A stretch of DNA of 64,000 nucleotides from Alsobacter sp. (GTDB lineage Bacteria > Pseudomonadota > Alphaproteobacteria > Rhizobiales > Beijerinckiaceae), in assembly GCA_046349155.1 (NCBI GenBank), contig JAXMCW010000005.1:55822-119821 (forward strand), written 5' to 3'. The translations under genes were made by a program, and so were the position numbers. The notes beneath the pieces are model-generated. The model worked only from the letters and a program-made list of their open reading frames with translations. It did not search any database and was not told where the DNA came from. Every line of letters starts with the position of its first letter. Position 1 is the stretch's first letter. Positions 27,335 through 36,509 of this stretch are shown one piece after another.

Positions 27335-28102
27335 TTACTCGATCAGGGCATTTACGTAGGCATCCATAAATGGATTAATTTCGAAAGAGAGAGAGAAGCC
27401 AAAGCGGGGATTGATTTCAAATAGCCAGTAATTCCCATTTGAATATTTGAGATCAATACAACAGACGCCGGTGTACTGTAGGGCGGCTACAATATCTTTC
27501 ATCAGAGACAGCAGTTCATCATTTTCGACAAAATTGGTGCTTGTTGGTACGACCGGTCCTTTTACAACCTGATCAGAGGGCATGATATAATGTGCTATCC
27601 GATGGAATGCGACGTGTCCGTCTTTGCAAAGGAGATGGACTGCGTACTCCTCTGAGCCAGTCACGATGTCCTGAAAGATGAGATCCTGGGCCATTGATAT
27701 CCCGCGCTCCAGGGCCTCCTCGGGTGTTTTTATGATCCATGTGCCCTGGCCACTTTCGCTCCTGCGGCTTTTCGCAACGTATGGATAGTCGACGGGAACT
27801 TGCGTCGTATACTCTGGAACCAGAAACTTAAATCCACGTGCCACAAGAAAGTCGTTTAACGTCTTCTTGTCGTCGCACATTGCGGTAGTATCACGAGAAG
27901 GGATGAGAAATGTCTTTCTCTCAAGAGTTGTATCGTCCCAAAGCGGATTGTAGTCCGTGATTCGGAGCGGAACTATTGCGTCGTATTCGCCAAGATTGTG
28001 GACGCGCAACGAGCCGAAATCAGCAAAGTAACGGGCCCCATCAAGCCTTAATCTGATTTGGCGTTCAAAATCTGGGTGATCGCCGAATCGGATCTTCGTC
28101 AT
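27335..28102 (-). CDS. Small ATP-grasp domain protein (paralog 1, low GC)
   Basis: 255 aa with CDDKKTLNDFL, EEYAVHLL, LFEINPRFG motifs typical of the ATP-grasp fold. About 38% aa identity by eye to 29922..30725. Confidence 0.7.
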   Translation of the reverse strand: MTKIRFGDHPDFERQIRLRLDGARYFADFGSLRVHNLGEYDAIVPLRITDYNPLWDDTTLERKTFLIPSRDTTAMCDDKKTLNDFLVARGFKFLVPEYTTQVPVDYPYVAKSRRSESGQGTWIIKTPEEALERGISMAQDLIFQDIVTGSEEYAVHLLCKDGHVAFHRIAHYIMPSDQVVKGPVVPTSTNFVENDELLSLMKDIVAALQYTGVCCIDLKYSNGNYWLFEINPRFGFSLSFEINPFMDAYVNALIE

Positions 28103-28302
28103 CTGCGTAACCTTCCAAGGGAGTCTTACAAATTAGACCCGCGCTGTGAAATGCAACCACGCATTGCAGCCTTCTTCAAGTCTATTTGGTATCGTAATGG
28201 GGAGGAACAGGCAACAAATCGCATGCGGAGCAGTGCCTTTTGCGCACTTGTATCTCCTCTAAGCGGGGTCAAGCTTTCAAGTATTTCACTTGAAACTTCG
28301 CC

Positions 28303-29607
28303 TCACCCCCGTCCGACGCTGACATAGGTAAACCCGCGCTTTCGCATGTCGTCGGGCCTGTAGATATTGCGGAGGTCGACGACGACGGGGGCCTTGAGGC
28401 CGCGCTGGATGCGGCCGAGGTCGAGGGCGCGGAAGGCGTCCCACTCGGTGACGATGACCAGCGCGTCGGCGCCCTCGGCGCAGGCATAGGCGTTGTCGGC
28501 GAAGGTGACGTCGGGCAGCAGGCCGCGCGCATGGCCCATGCTCTCGGGATCGTAGGCGCGCACGCTCGCGCCGGCGTCCTGCAGCGCGGTGGCGATGGCG
28601 AGGGAGGGCGCGTCGCGCATGTCGTCGGTATTCGGCTTGAAGGCGAGGCCGAGCAGCGCGATCGTCTTGCCGCGCACCGAGCCGCCGCAGGCCGCGATCA
28701 CCTTGCGCGCCATGGCGCGCTTGCGCGTGTCGTTGACCGCGACGACGGTCTCCACGATGCGCAGCGGCGTGCCCGCGTCCTGCGCCGTCTTGGCGAGCGC
28801 CTGCGTGTCCTTGGGGAAGCAGGAGCCGCCATAGCCGGGCCCGGCATGCAGGAACTTGCCGCCGATGCGGTTGTCGAGGCCGATGCCGCGGGCGACCTCC
28901 TGCACGTTGCCGCCCACGGCCTCGCACAGGTCGGCGATCTCGTTGATGAAGGTGATCTTGAGCGCCAGGAAGGCGTTGGCGGCGTACTTGATGAGCTCGG
29001 AGGTGCGCCGGTCGGTGAACAGGATCGGCGGCTGGTTGAGGAAGAGCGGGCGGTAGATCTCGGTCATCACCTCGCGGGCGCGCGGCTCCACCGTGCCCAC
29101 GACGATGCGGTCGGGGCGCTTGAAGTCGGCGATGGCGGCGCCCTCGCGCAGGAACTCGGGGTTGGAGACCACGGCATAGTCGCCGTCGGGCCTCGTCTCG
29201 CGCAGGATGCGCTCCACCTCGTCGCCGGTGCCCACGGGCACGGTGGACTTGGTGATGACGACGAGCGGCCCGGCGCTCGCCTCGGCGATCTCGCGGGCCA
29301 CGGCATGGACGTAGGAGAGGTCGGCATGGCCGTCGCCGCGCCGCGAGGGCGTTCCCACGGCGATGAACACGGCCTCCGCGCCCGCGAGCCCCTCGCGGAT
29401 GTCGGTGGTGAAGGTGAGCCGTCCCTGCTCGGCGTTGTTGTCGACGAGTTCCTTCAGCCCCGGCTCGTAGATCGGCATCTCGCCGCGCCGCAAGGCCGCG
29501 ATCTTGCGCTCGTCCTTGTCCACGCAAAGCACGCGGTGGCCGAAGTCAGCCAGGCAGGCCCCCGACACCAGGCCCACATAGCCCGAACCGATCATCGCAA
29601 TGTGCAT
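28303..29607 (-). CDS. ugd: UDP-glucose 6-dehydrogenase
   Basis: Start chosen at MHIAMIGSGYVGLVSGACLA (GxGxxG). GGSCFPKD catalytic Cys region. 434 aa. The ORF-track upstream extension to 29781 was rejected. Confidence 0.9.
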   Translation of the reverse strand: MHIAMIGSGYVGLVSGACLADFGHRVLCVDKDERKIAALRRGEMPIYEPGLKELVDNNAEQGRLTFTTDIREGLAGAEAVFIAVGTPSRRGDGHADLSYVHAVAREIAEASAGPLVVITKSTVPVGTGDEVERILRETRPDGDYAVVSNPEFLREGAAIADFKRPDRIVVGTVEPRAREVMTEIYRPLFLNQPPILFTDRRTSELIKYAANAFLALKITFINEIADLCEAVGGNVQEVARGIGLDNRIGGKFLHAGPGYGGSCFPKDTQALAKTAQDAGTPLRIVETVVAVNDTRKRAMARKVIAACGGSVRGKTIALLGLAFKPNTDDMRDAPSLAIATALQDAGASVRAYDPESMGHARGLLPDVTFADNAYACAEGADALVIVTEWDAFRALDLGRIQRGLKAPVVVDLRNIYRPDDMRKRGFTYVSVGRG

Positions 29608-29921
29608 CAGCGATTGCTCCGCAAACGGAAAGCCCTGAATCCAGCTTAGCGATCCATAAGGCCATTCACGTTCCGGGCCAACGCGTCTTCCATCGAATCC
29701 TGACGTTGCGGCTCGACTTGGATCAAAACTCTCGCCCGTCTCTGCATTCGCGTTGAGGGCGCGGCGCAAATCGCAACGCATAGCGTCAATTTCGCAAGTG
29801 CGCGTGAGGCAGGAACCGGCGTGAGCTGAACCTTCAATGTTAGGCCAGGTGCCTACATTGAGAGTTCGTCATATAAATTTATGGATGCGGCCGAATTTGA
29901 GTCGGGCAGGCGAACACGCTC

Positions 29922-30725
29922 ATGGGGGAAACACGAGTGCCGCCAGGAAGCCGCAGGCTTAAGGTTCGCTTCGGGGAACATCCCGACTTCATGGCAGCTA
30001 TCCTCGAGACGCTTGCTCAGGATCGGTTTGAGCCGCTGGCCGGCCCTATCGCAGCCCGCGAGGCGCTCAATGTTTCTGCTGTCCTGCCTCTTCGGATCTC
30101 GGACTATGACGCGCTCTATCAACGGCCCGACCTGCAGGGGCGTAAGCTCTGGTTGCCGGACCGAGACATCGTCAGGTTATGTGACGACAAGCTCAAAATG
30201 AACGACTTCCTCAGGGCCAAGAGCTTCACCGCAATCGTGCCCGAGCACTCCACCCAGTCGCTGGGCGTCTATCCTGTGATCGTCAAAAAGGTCCATGACG
30301 AGAACGGCGAGAACTCCTTCGTGGCCTTCGATAAAGCCGAGGAGGAGGCCATCATCCGCAAGTTCGCCGGGGGGGCGTTCTTCGTCCAACGCTTCGTGAC
30401 GGGAAGGGATGAGTATGCGGTCCACGTTTTGGCGGTGGAGGGAGAGGCCTATTTTGTCAAGGCGATCCGGCACGTGATGGCCGGCGACCACTGCGTCAAG
30501 GGTGCACGCAACATCCCCGAGAGGTCCGAGGCTACACGTTTGCCCAAGGGCGGCGAGATCATCTTCGATATCCTGCGGATACTGCGCTACACGGGCGTAT
30601 GTTGCGTCAATCTCAAGGGCAGCGAGAGGGACATGAAGCTGCTCGAGATCAATCCCCGGTTTGGCTACTCACTGTGCCGGCACATCAACGAGTTCCTGGA
30701 CGCCTACATCGATTCGTTTGCATGA
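29922..30725 (+). CDS. Small ATP-grasp domain protein (paralog 2, higher GC)
   Basis: 267 aa with VRFGEHPDF, CDDKLKMNDFL, DEYAVHVL, LLEINPRFG. Divergently transcribed from ugd. Confidence 0.7.
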   Translation: MGETRVPPGSRRLKVRFGEHPDFMAAILETLAQDRFEPLAGPIAAREALNVSAVLPLRISDYDALYQRPDLQGRKLWLPDRDIVRLCDDKLKMNDFLRAKSFTAIVPEHSTQSLGVYPVIVKKVHDENGENSFVAFDKAEEEAIIRKFAGGAFFVQRFVTGRDEYAVHVLAVEGEAYFVKAIRHVMAGDHCVKGARNIPERSEATRLPKGGEIIFDILRILRYTGVCCVNLKGSERDMKLLEINPRFGYSLCRHINEFLDAYIDSFA

Positions 30726-31388
30726 GAGTTGGAGGCCCATCCTTGACCGTTTGACTTGTGCCGGGATTTTGATCCTGTGCCGCCAACCAGACTGGCGCGA
30801 GGCCGGAATGTCCTGAGGCTTCGAGGCGCCCGTCCAATACGCGACGAGCCCCACCTCCTACTCGGATGTAACGAAAATCAGCCGCGCCGGGGACCAATCT
30901 TCCGCCACACGCGTGGCGCCCCGCGAGGTGGCAGTCTCGAACGAATACGCCGTCGGCGGCGGCCATTGGGGCACCAAGATCACCGACGTCGGGCTGTTGA
31001 ACGCGTAGAGGATCCGGCTTCCCACAGCGCCCTCTAAGGCACTAAAATCTTCTTGACATTATGATCGGTATCGGGTAACGAGCGCGCCCTGCCTCCGACG
31101 GGCACTTGAGGTATTGCAAAGCCTTTGCCCCGGTCGGGTCAATCCTGCAAAGTTTTGCGGCAGACGCGGCAACGCTGCGGGCTTCTCTGAACGAGCCTTT
31201 CTTGCAAAGCAGTCGTAGTCCACGCTGAAAGCATTGGCTCGAATACGACAGTGATGAATTCAATACTTTTTGCCTTCAAAATTTCGACGACATCCGGTTC
31301 TGACAGAACCGAGGGCGGCTATAATAAAAAAGATAGTAGAGACACTCTTATTATTTGACGAAGCGTAGCAGTAGACCAGTCTTGTCTG

Positions 31389-32366
31389 TTGTCCTGCGTG
31401 CTCATTCAGGGCGTGCCGTATCCCGCGTGCGCGTCCGTCGAACCTTGCGGAGATCTCTTGACCGACAACCTGACACACTGGCGCGCCGCGCTCAGCGGGG
31501 CAGCAGTGCCCGTCCACGAGAACGATCCCCAGTCAGGCTACTGGCGCGTGAGGGCCTGGCGCGGAGGCCCTTGGTTGCCAGTGGCCATCTGGCGGGATCC
31601 CGACGGCCGACTGAAGGCCCTCAAGGATGGAATGCCGGCCGACGCCCAGGCCTTGTGGACCTGGTGCTGCCGGCATCCCATCAGTTACCAGACCTACCGT
31701 GCCGTGGCGGAGGAGGGCCGGCCCTGGCCGGAAGAGGGTCCTGTCGCTGGCGGCCCTGGACACAATGCCGGCCCCGCACTGGCAGGCGATGATGATGCTC
31801 CCCGCGCCGTCCTCGAGCGCGCCCTCGCCGACCTGCAGCAGCGCGCCGCGGCCTGGCTCGCCGAGGTGGGCACGCTCGCCGCCCAGGGTGAGGCTGACGT
31901 TGCCGCCAACTTTGCCGACGCCTTCGCCCGGCTCGAGCGTGAGGCCGAAGACGCCCGCGTGGCGGAGAAGACGCCGGTGCTCGCGCAAGGACGCGCTATC
32001 GACGAGGCGTGGAAGCCACTCGTTTCCGCCGCCGCGGCCGGCAAGCGGCAGATGAAGGAGGCCCTCGCGCCCTTCTTGCTTGCCGAGGAAAAGCGCCGCC
32101 AGGCGCCAACCGGGATGGAAGGCGCAAGCGGCACGAACGCGCCGCCGCCGCGGGCAGGCACGGTCGGGCGTCGGGTTGGCCTTCGCCGCGAGCGCCGTTG
32201 CGTGCTGAGAGACCGCGAGGCTCTCGTGCGCACGTACCGACGCGACGCCCGGTTCTGGGCCCATCCGGGCGTCACGGGCGTCCTCGCAGACCTCGCCAAG
32301 GCCGACTTGAGGGCCGGCCGTCGGGTCCTGGGGGCTGAACTCGTCGACGAGATCGTTGCCGCCTGA
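31389..32366 (+). CDS. Hypothetical protein, first gene of the phage-like recombination module
   Basis: High GC3 coding look and same strand as RecT. No motif recognised. The real start may be downstream (TTG near 31459). Confidence 0.4.
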   Translation: MSCVLIQGVPYPACASVEPCGDLLTDNLTHWRAALSGAAVPVHENDPQSGYWRVRAWRGGPWLPVAIWRDPDGRLKALKDGMPADAQALWTWCCRHPISYQTYRAVAEEGRPWPEEGPVAGGPGHNAGPALAGDDDAPRAVLERALADLQQRAAAWLAEVGTLAAQGEADVAANFADAFARLEREAEDARVAEKTPVLAQGRAIDEAWKPLVSAAAAGKRQMKEALAPFLLAEEKRRQAPTGMEGASGTNAPPPRAGTVGRRVGLRRERRCVLRDREALVRTYRRDARFWAHPGVTGVLADLAKADLRAGRRVLGAELVDEIVAA

Positions 32367-32425
32367 GACGGCCTCGCCGGCACCATGCCGAGACGCCTTT
32401 TCCAGAACCCAACACCAGGAGCACC

Positions 32426-33814
32426 ATGACCGCAAAGACGACCACACCGTCCCCGTCCAGCCGCAAGACCAGACCCGCGTCTTCAGTGGGGGCTGAACCC
32501 AGCTCCAGGATCGAGCCTGCGGGCAAGGCGGAGCCCATTGGCCCGATCGACACTCAGCGCTCCGGCACTTCCTCACGTGACCAGGCCCGCAACCGGCCGC
32601 AGAGCCGCACGACAGGCACGCCGCAGGCGACGACGTCGCGCAAGGCGCGGGCTGCTGGGACGTCGGTGCAAGTGCCCAGGCGCCGGGGGCCACGTTCCGT
32701 CTTTCCGCGTGAGGCGATGTCAGACGCCAGCCCCTTGGCGGGCCATGCATCGTTGATCTCCCCGGTCCCGCTGGTGGCCGGCTCACGGCCCTTGCCATTC
32801 GTGCCCCGCACGCTGGAGGAAGCCATGCGCCTCGCCGAGGCCGTGGTGGCGGCTGGCATGGCGCCGCGCGGGATGACGACGCCTGCAGCCTGCGTGGTGG
32901 TGATCTTGCACGGCCTCGAGGTCGGCCTCACGCCCCTCATGGCCCTGCAGCGCATCGCCCTCCTCGAGGGTCGTCCCACTATCTGGGGTGATGGTGCGCT
33001 TGCCCTGGTGCGCGCCAGCGGCCTGTGCCGCTCCATCGTCGAAACGGTCGAAGGCGACCGACCGGAGAACTGGATTGCGTCCTGCACGGTGTGGCGCAAA
33101 GGGGAGGGCGAGCCCGTATCGCGCAGCTTCGGCGTTCCCGACGCGCGCCGCGCGAGCCTGTGGGGGCGCCCGGGACCCTGGACGTCCTACCCCCGGCGCA
33201 TGCTTCAGATGCGCGCGCGCGCCTTTGCCCTGCGCGATGTCTTCCCTGATGTGCTGGGCGGGCTTTACCTGCGCGAAGAATTCGAGGACGCGCCCGCCTC
33301 GGAGGCCCCCGCGTCAGAGGATGCGGACAGGATGCAGGGGGAGGTGCGGCACCAGGCGGCTGGTCAAGGTGCCGTTTCCCCAGCGTCGACCATCCCGTCG
33401 GCTTCCATGGCGATGTCCTCCGGTCCCGCCGCACCCCGCCGCCGCCCGGCGCCCCCTGGCCGGGGAGGTGGCGGCTGGGTGCGCCTGCGGCCGCCACGTG
33501 ACGTCATCCGGCTGCGTGCGCCCGCCCCGCCCCGCACGGAACAAGGCGACGAGGCTCCCGGCGGGGTGTCGAGAACGACGAATGCCTCGCTCGCTCCCGA
33601 CGCGCTCGATCCTGACCTGGCCCCGCTGAACCCTCTGCAGCTCTTCGATCAGGAACTGGGCTGCGCGCGCGACATCGCGACGCTGCAGGAGATCGAGGCG
33701 GAGTTCAAGGCGCGCCTGGCCCACCTGTCGCGCGACGATGCAAGGCGCGCGCGACATATCCTCGAGCGTCACCGCACGCGCCTGGCGGACCGCGCGGGGG
33801 AGGACACGCCATGA
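32426..33814 (+). CDS. recT: RecT-family single-strand annealing recombinase with long low-complexity N- and C-terminal extensions
   Basis: The core ...LHGLEVGLTPLMALQRIALLEGRPTIWGDGALALV...PWTSYPRRMLQMRARAFALRDVFPDVLGGLYLREE matches the RecT pattern. Start is uncertain (alternative ATG near 32717). Confidence 0.7.
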   Translation: MTAKTTTPSPSSRKTRPASSVGAEPSSRIEPAGKAEPIGPIDTQRSGTSSRDQARNRPQSRTTGTPQATTSRKARAAGTSVQVPRRRGPRSVFPREAMSDASPLAGHASLISPVPLVAGSRPLPFVPRTLEEAMRLAEAVVAAGMAPRGMTTPAACVVVILHGLEVGLTPLMALQRIALLEGRPTIWGDGALALVRASGLCRSIVETVEGDRPENWIASCTVWRKGEGEPVSRSFGVPDARRASLWGRPGPWTSYPRRMLQMRARAFALRDVFPDVLGGLYLREEFEDAPASEAPASEDADRMQGEVRHQAAGQGAVSPASTIPSASMAMSSGPAAPRRRPAPPGRGGGGWVRLRPPRDVIRLRAPAPPRTEQGDEAPGGVSRTTNASLAPDALDPDLAPLNPLQLFDQELGCARDIATLQEIEAEFKARLAHLSRDDARRARHILERHRTRLADRAGEDTP

Positions 33815-34206
33815 GCCGTTCGCTGTCCACAAGCGAGCGCCTGGCCCTCTTCCTCAGGGCGAAGGGCCGGTGTCAGGCCTGTGGCTGGGTCCTCGCTCCC
33901 GGGACGCGCTGGGACGTGGATCATATCCTGCCCCGTGCGCTGGGCGGGCGCGACGCACCGGACAACCTCCAGGTGCTCTGCCGCGCCTGCCACGCCGGAA
34001 AGACGGCAAGCCAGGACGCCCCGGCCCTGGCCAAGACGAGACGCCTGAAGGCCCGCCACCTGGGCGCCACGCGGCCCCGCTCGATCATGCCGGGAAGCAT
34101 GCGCTCGCGCTGGAAGAAGCGCCTCGACGGCCGGGTCGAACTGCGCCCACCGCGTCGAACATCAGCAATGTCGTCATCCCTAAACAACCCCAGGAGAAAG
34201 CCATGA
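33811..34206 (+). CDS. HNH endonuclease
   Basis: CQACG...DVDHILPRALGG...DNLQVLCRACHAGKT (CxxC ... H-N-H ... CxxCH). ATGA overlap with the recT stop. Confidence 0.85.
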   Translation: MSRSLSTSERLALFLRAKGRCQACGWVLAPGTRWDVDHILPRALGGRDAPDNLQVLCRACHAGKTASQDAPALAKTRRLKARHLGATRPRSIMPGSMRSRWKKRLDGRVELRPPRRTSAMSSSLNNPRRKP

Positions 34207-34526
34207 CCGTGCCTACACATGCCCAGCCTTCCCAGCAGGACCTGACGTTCGAAGCCGATGCGCGCGCCGCCCAGGAAATCGTCCGGCTCATCGCAGGCCT
34301 GGAGCAGGCCGGCCCCGACCGGCTGCGCCGCATCGAGCCCCACGTCGTGTGGCTCATCGCACGCAATGCCGGATACCGGAATCTCGGCGCGGAATTCCTG
34401 CAGTTCGTTCGCCGCGCCCTGGCTGAGGGGCGCGCGCTCTGGAAGGCCGAAGAGAAAGGCAAGGCCACGCAGGAGAGGTCGGGAAGGCGCCTGAAGCCCG
34501 GGACAGCTGTGGCTGGCCACGCCTGA
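34203..34526 (+). CDS. Hypothetical protein (107 aa)
   Basis: ATGA overlap with the HNH stop. High GC3. No recognisable motif. Confidence 0.4.
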   Translation: MTVPTHAQPSQQDLTFEADARAAQEIVRLIAGLEQAGPDRLRRIEPHVVWLIARNAGYRNLGAEFLQFVRRALAEGRALWKAEEKGKATQERSGRRLKPGTAVAGHA

Positions 34527-34544
34527 GACGGACAAGGAGAGATC

Positions 34545-34862
34545 ATGGAGACCCTCTTCGTTATTCTGCTCTCGCCCTTTCTGTTCGTCGCAGGGCTTTT
34601 CTTCGTCAGTCCCGTTCTGGGCCTGGTCGTTATGTTTGGGCTGGTTCATTGCCTCGGTAAGGTTGCGATGGGGCTGGCCTCACGTCCGGTGATCCAGCGT
34701 CGGCTGACCGACGCCGAATTCGCGAAGCTCGAGCGCATCGTGAAGGAAACGGTGTGGGAGATGCAGGCGCGTGGTGAGGCGCCCGACCTGGGCGATAGCT
34801 ACGATCGGGTCCGGGCCATGATTGCACGCTACGAGGAGCTGAAACGCCTCAGCCATGGTTGA
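34545..34862 (+). CDS. Small membrane protein (about 2 TM) with charged C-terminal helix
   Basis: METLFVILLSPFLFVAGLFFVSPVLGLVVMFGLVHCLG hydrophobic N-terminus, then a charged helix. 105 aa. Confidence 0.45.
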   Translation: METLFVILLSPFLFVAGLFFVSPVLGLVVMFGLVHCLGKVAMGLASRPVIQRRLTDAEFAKLERIVKETVWEMQARGEAPDLGDSYDRVRAMIARYEELKRLSHG

Positions 34863-35600
34863 AGGGTTTGAGGCAGACGAGGGGTGACCCAGACGAGCCG
34901 GCCTGCTGTCTTTTTGCCTGCGGTCACGTCCGAAGGGTCGCATCGTCGGTCTTGGGACGTCTTCTTCTCGCCGTGAAGCGCGAGCCGACCCCCGCCGAAG
35001 CCGTGAGCGACGATGAATGTCGCAAGCGCGTCAGGCCACTGAGGCCTGCCCTAGATCCACACCAATGACCCATCTGCAGTCTATGGTCTCGCAAAATCGA
35101 GAGCGGAAACGAAAGCGGTCTCGACGTCTATTTTTCACACCGCAAGTAAAACACGATTAACGGAAGTATTAGGGCCGTGTGACACTTGCAACCGGGGCGA
35201 ATCTCTCCTACATTTCTGTCCGAAGCCTTGGTGCTGAGCCTTGAAACACGTCGCGCGTGACACGCGCAGCGGGCTGGCACCATGGGCTGGGAAGGCCGCT
35301 GGAAGATCGCGGCCGATACAGCGAGGCCCGGTCCGGTGGAACAATCTGGAGGGGCCCGCGAGGGAAGACCCGGGAGTCCTGGGGCGTGCGTCAGAAGGGC
35401 AGGTATTCTGGAAGATGAATGCCCGAATTCTGGCGCTGCCCAGCTCCTGGCATAGGCCTTGAGCCGGCGGAGGCTGCGGCCATGTGGTCGCACGCCCGCC
35501 AATGGCCGTGATGGCAGCGGGACCACCGCCATGGAGCTGGTCCCGCCGCCGCAACGGCCGTCTTGAACCGTTCACCGCGATTCCAAGTGGAGATCGTGCG

Positions 35601-36509
35601 ATGTCGCACGCCCGTCGTCGGCCATCCGCGGATGGCCCCTATGTCACTCCGGTCCCGGCCGAAAGGGTCGCGCCGCTGCACTTTGCGACCTTCGAGGCGC
35701 TCGTGGAGGCCTGCCCCGCACCCTTGCGGTCCGCCTTCACCATGCCGGGGCTCTTTCAGCCGCGTGAGATCGAACGCTTCCGGCAGGGTTGCGTGGCGCT
35801 TGCCAACGCCGCCACGCGCCTGGAGCCCGACCGGTGGCTTATCATCCATGAGGCCGCGCAGTTGATCGTGGAGATCGAGCGCTACCGCTGCGCGCAGGCC
35901 AGCGCCATTCGCGGGGCCCGCCGGGCTGCCCTCCTTCATCTTCTGGAGGGGCTCGTCTCTCCCGATGAGGCGAGGGACTTTGCCGCCCGCTGGCTGGCGG
36001 GGCAGGCGGATCCAGGCGAGACCGCCGAGATCGAGGGCTGCCTGAGCGAGATCGGCCTCGATCTCGCAAGCGTCGAACAGGAGGCAGTCTGTCTGGCGTT
36101 GCCCCGCCTCGATCAGCTCGGCCAGCTCCTGCGCTCCAGCGAAATTCGCCTCACCAAGCATCTGCAGCTGCTCGAAATCCGCGAAATGCGCTGCCAGCAG
36201 CAGGCTGTTCAAGGCGGCACGGGCAGTCCGGCAGATCGCCACGGCCCCGTCCTCGAGGCCACCCTGGCCACGCCCTCTGCCGCACAGGTCGAGCCGCGCA
36301 AGGGGGCGCCAGCGGGTCTCGCGCCGGTCCAGGACGACCTTCGCCAAGAGGCGTCGCGAGGAGAGACGCCCGTGAAGGCCCGGTCCGGCGAAGGCACGCC
36401 CCCGGATCGCCCCCTGCCGGACCCGCCGCCTCCGGCCTCGACCCTCAGGGCCCTGGCCTCCCAAGTGTCTCCCGGCCAGGATCGTGAAGGCAACGCCCAT
36501 GGCCGGTGA
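35601..36509 (+). CDS. Hypothetical protein (302 aa)
   Basis: ATG 35601 lies 8 nt after GGAG. Strong third-position GC bias on the + strand. No family recognised. Confidence 0.5.
   Translation: MSHARRRPSADGPYVTPVPAERVAPLHFATFEALVEACPAPLRSAFTMPGLFQPREIERFRQGCVALANAATRLEPDRWLIIHEAAQLIVEIERYRCAQASAIRGARRAALLHLLEGLVSPDEARDFAARWLAGQADPGETAEIEGCLSEIGLDLASVEQEAVCLALPRLDQLGQLLRSSEIRLTKHLQLLEIREMRCQQQAVQGGTGSPADRHGPVLEATLATPSAAQVEPRKGAPAGLAPVQDDLRQEASRGETPVKARSGEGTPPDRPLPDPPPPASTLRALASQVSPGQDREGNAHGR

Noticed and set aside
28286-29781. Alternate-frame ORFs over ugd (28286..29527 -, 28531..29649 +) and the 58-codon upstream extension of the ugd ORF to 29781.
   Set aside because: Only the frame starting MHIAMIGSGYVG carries the Rossmann and GGSCFPKD motifs. 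The other frames are Arg/Gly/Ala-rich nonsense. The extension precedes the conserved N-terminal GxGxxG and has no homolog-like sequence.
31042-31263. A 73-aa minus-strand ORF, with neighbours (30685..30966 -, 31260..31517 -), considered as a possible phage repressor or integrase remnant.
   Set aside because: There is no HTH or recombinase motif, the composition is odd, and the frames overlap. The region was treated as non-coding promoter-proximal DNA.
34863-35600. A cobalamin riboswitch, RNase P/SRP RNA, HEARO/OMEGA RNA or retron ncRNA in the ORF-poor gap.
   Set aside because: I could not find the conserved cores (B12 box, RNase P GAGGAAAGTCC..., SRP GGAAGCAGCC). The adjacent HNH protein is a small phage-type enzyme rather than IscB, and no reverse transcriptase is nearby. 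The gap is kept only as a generic ORF-poor structured region.
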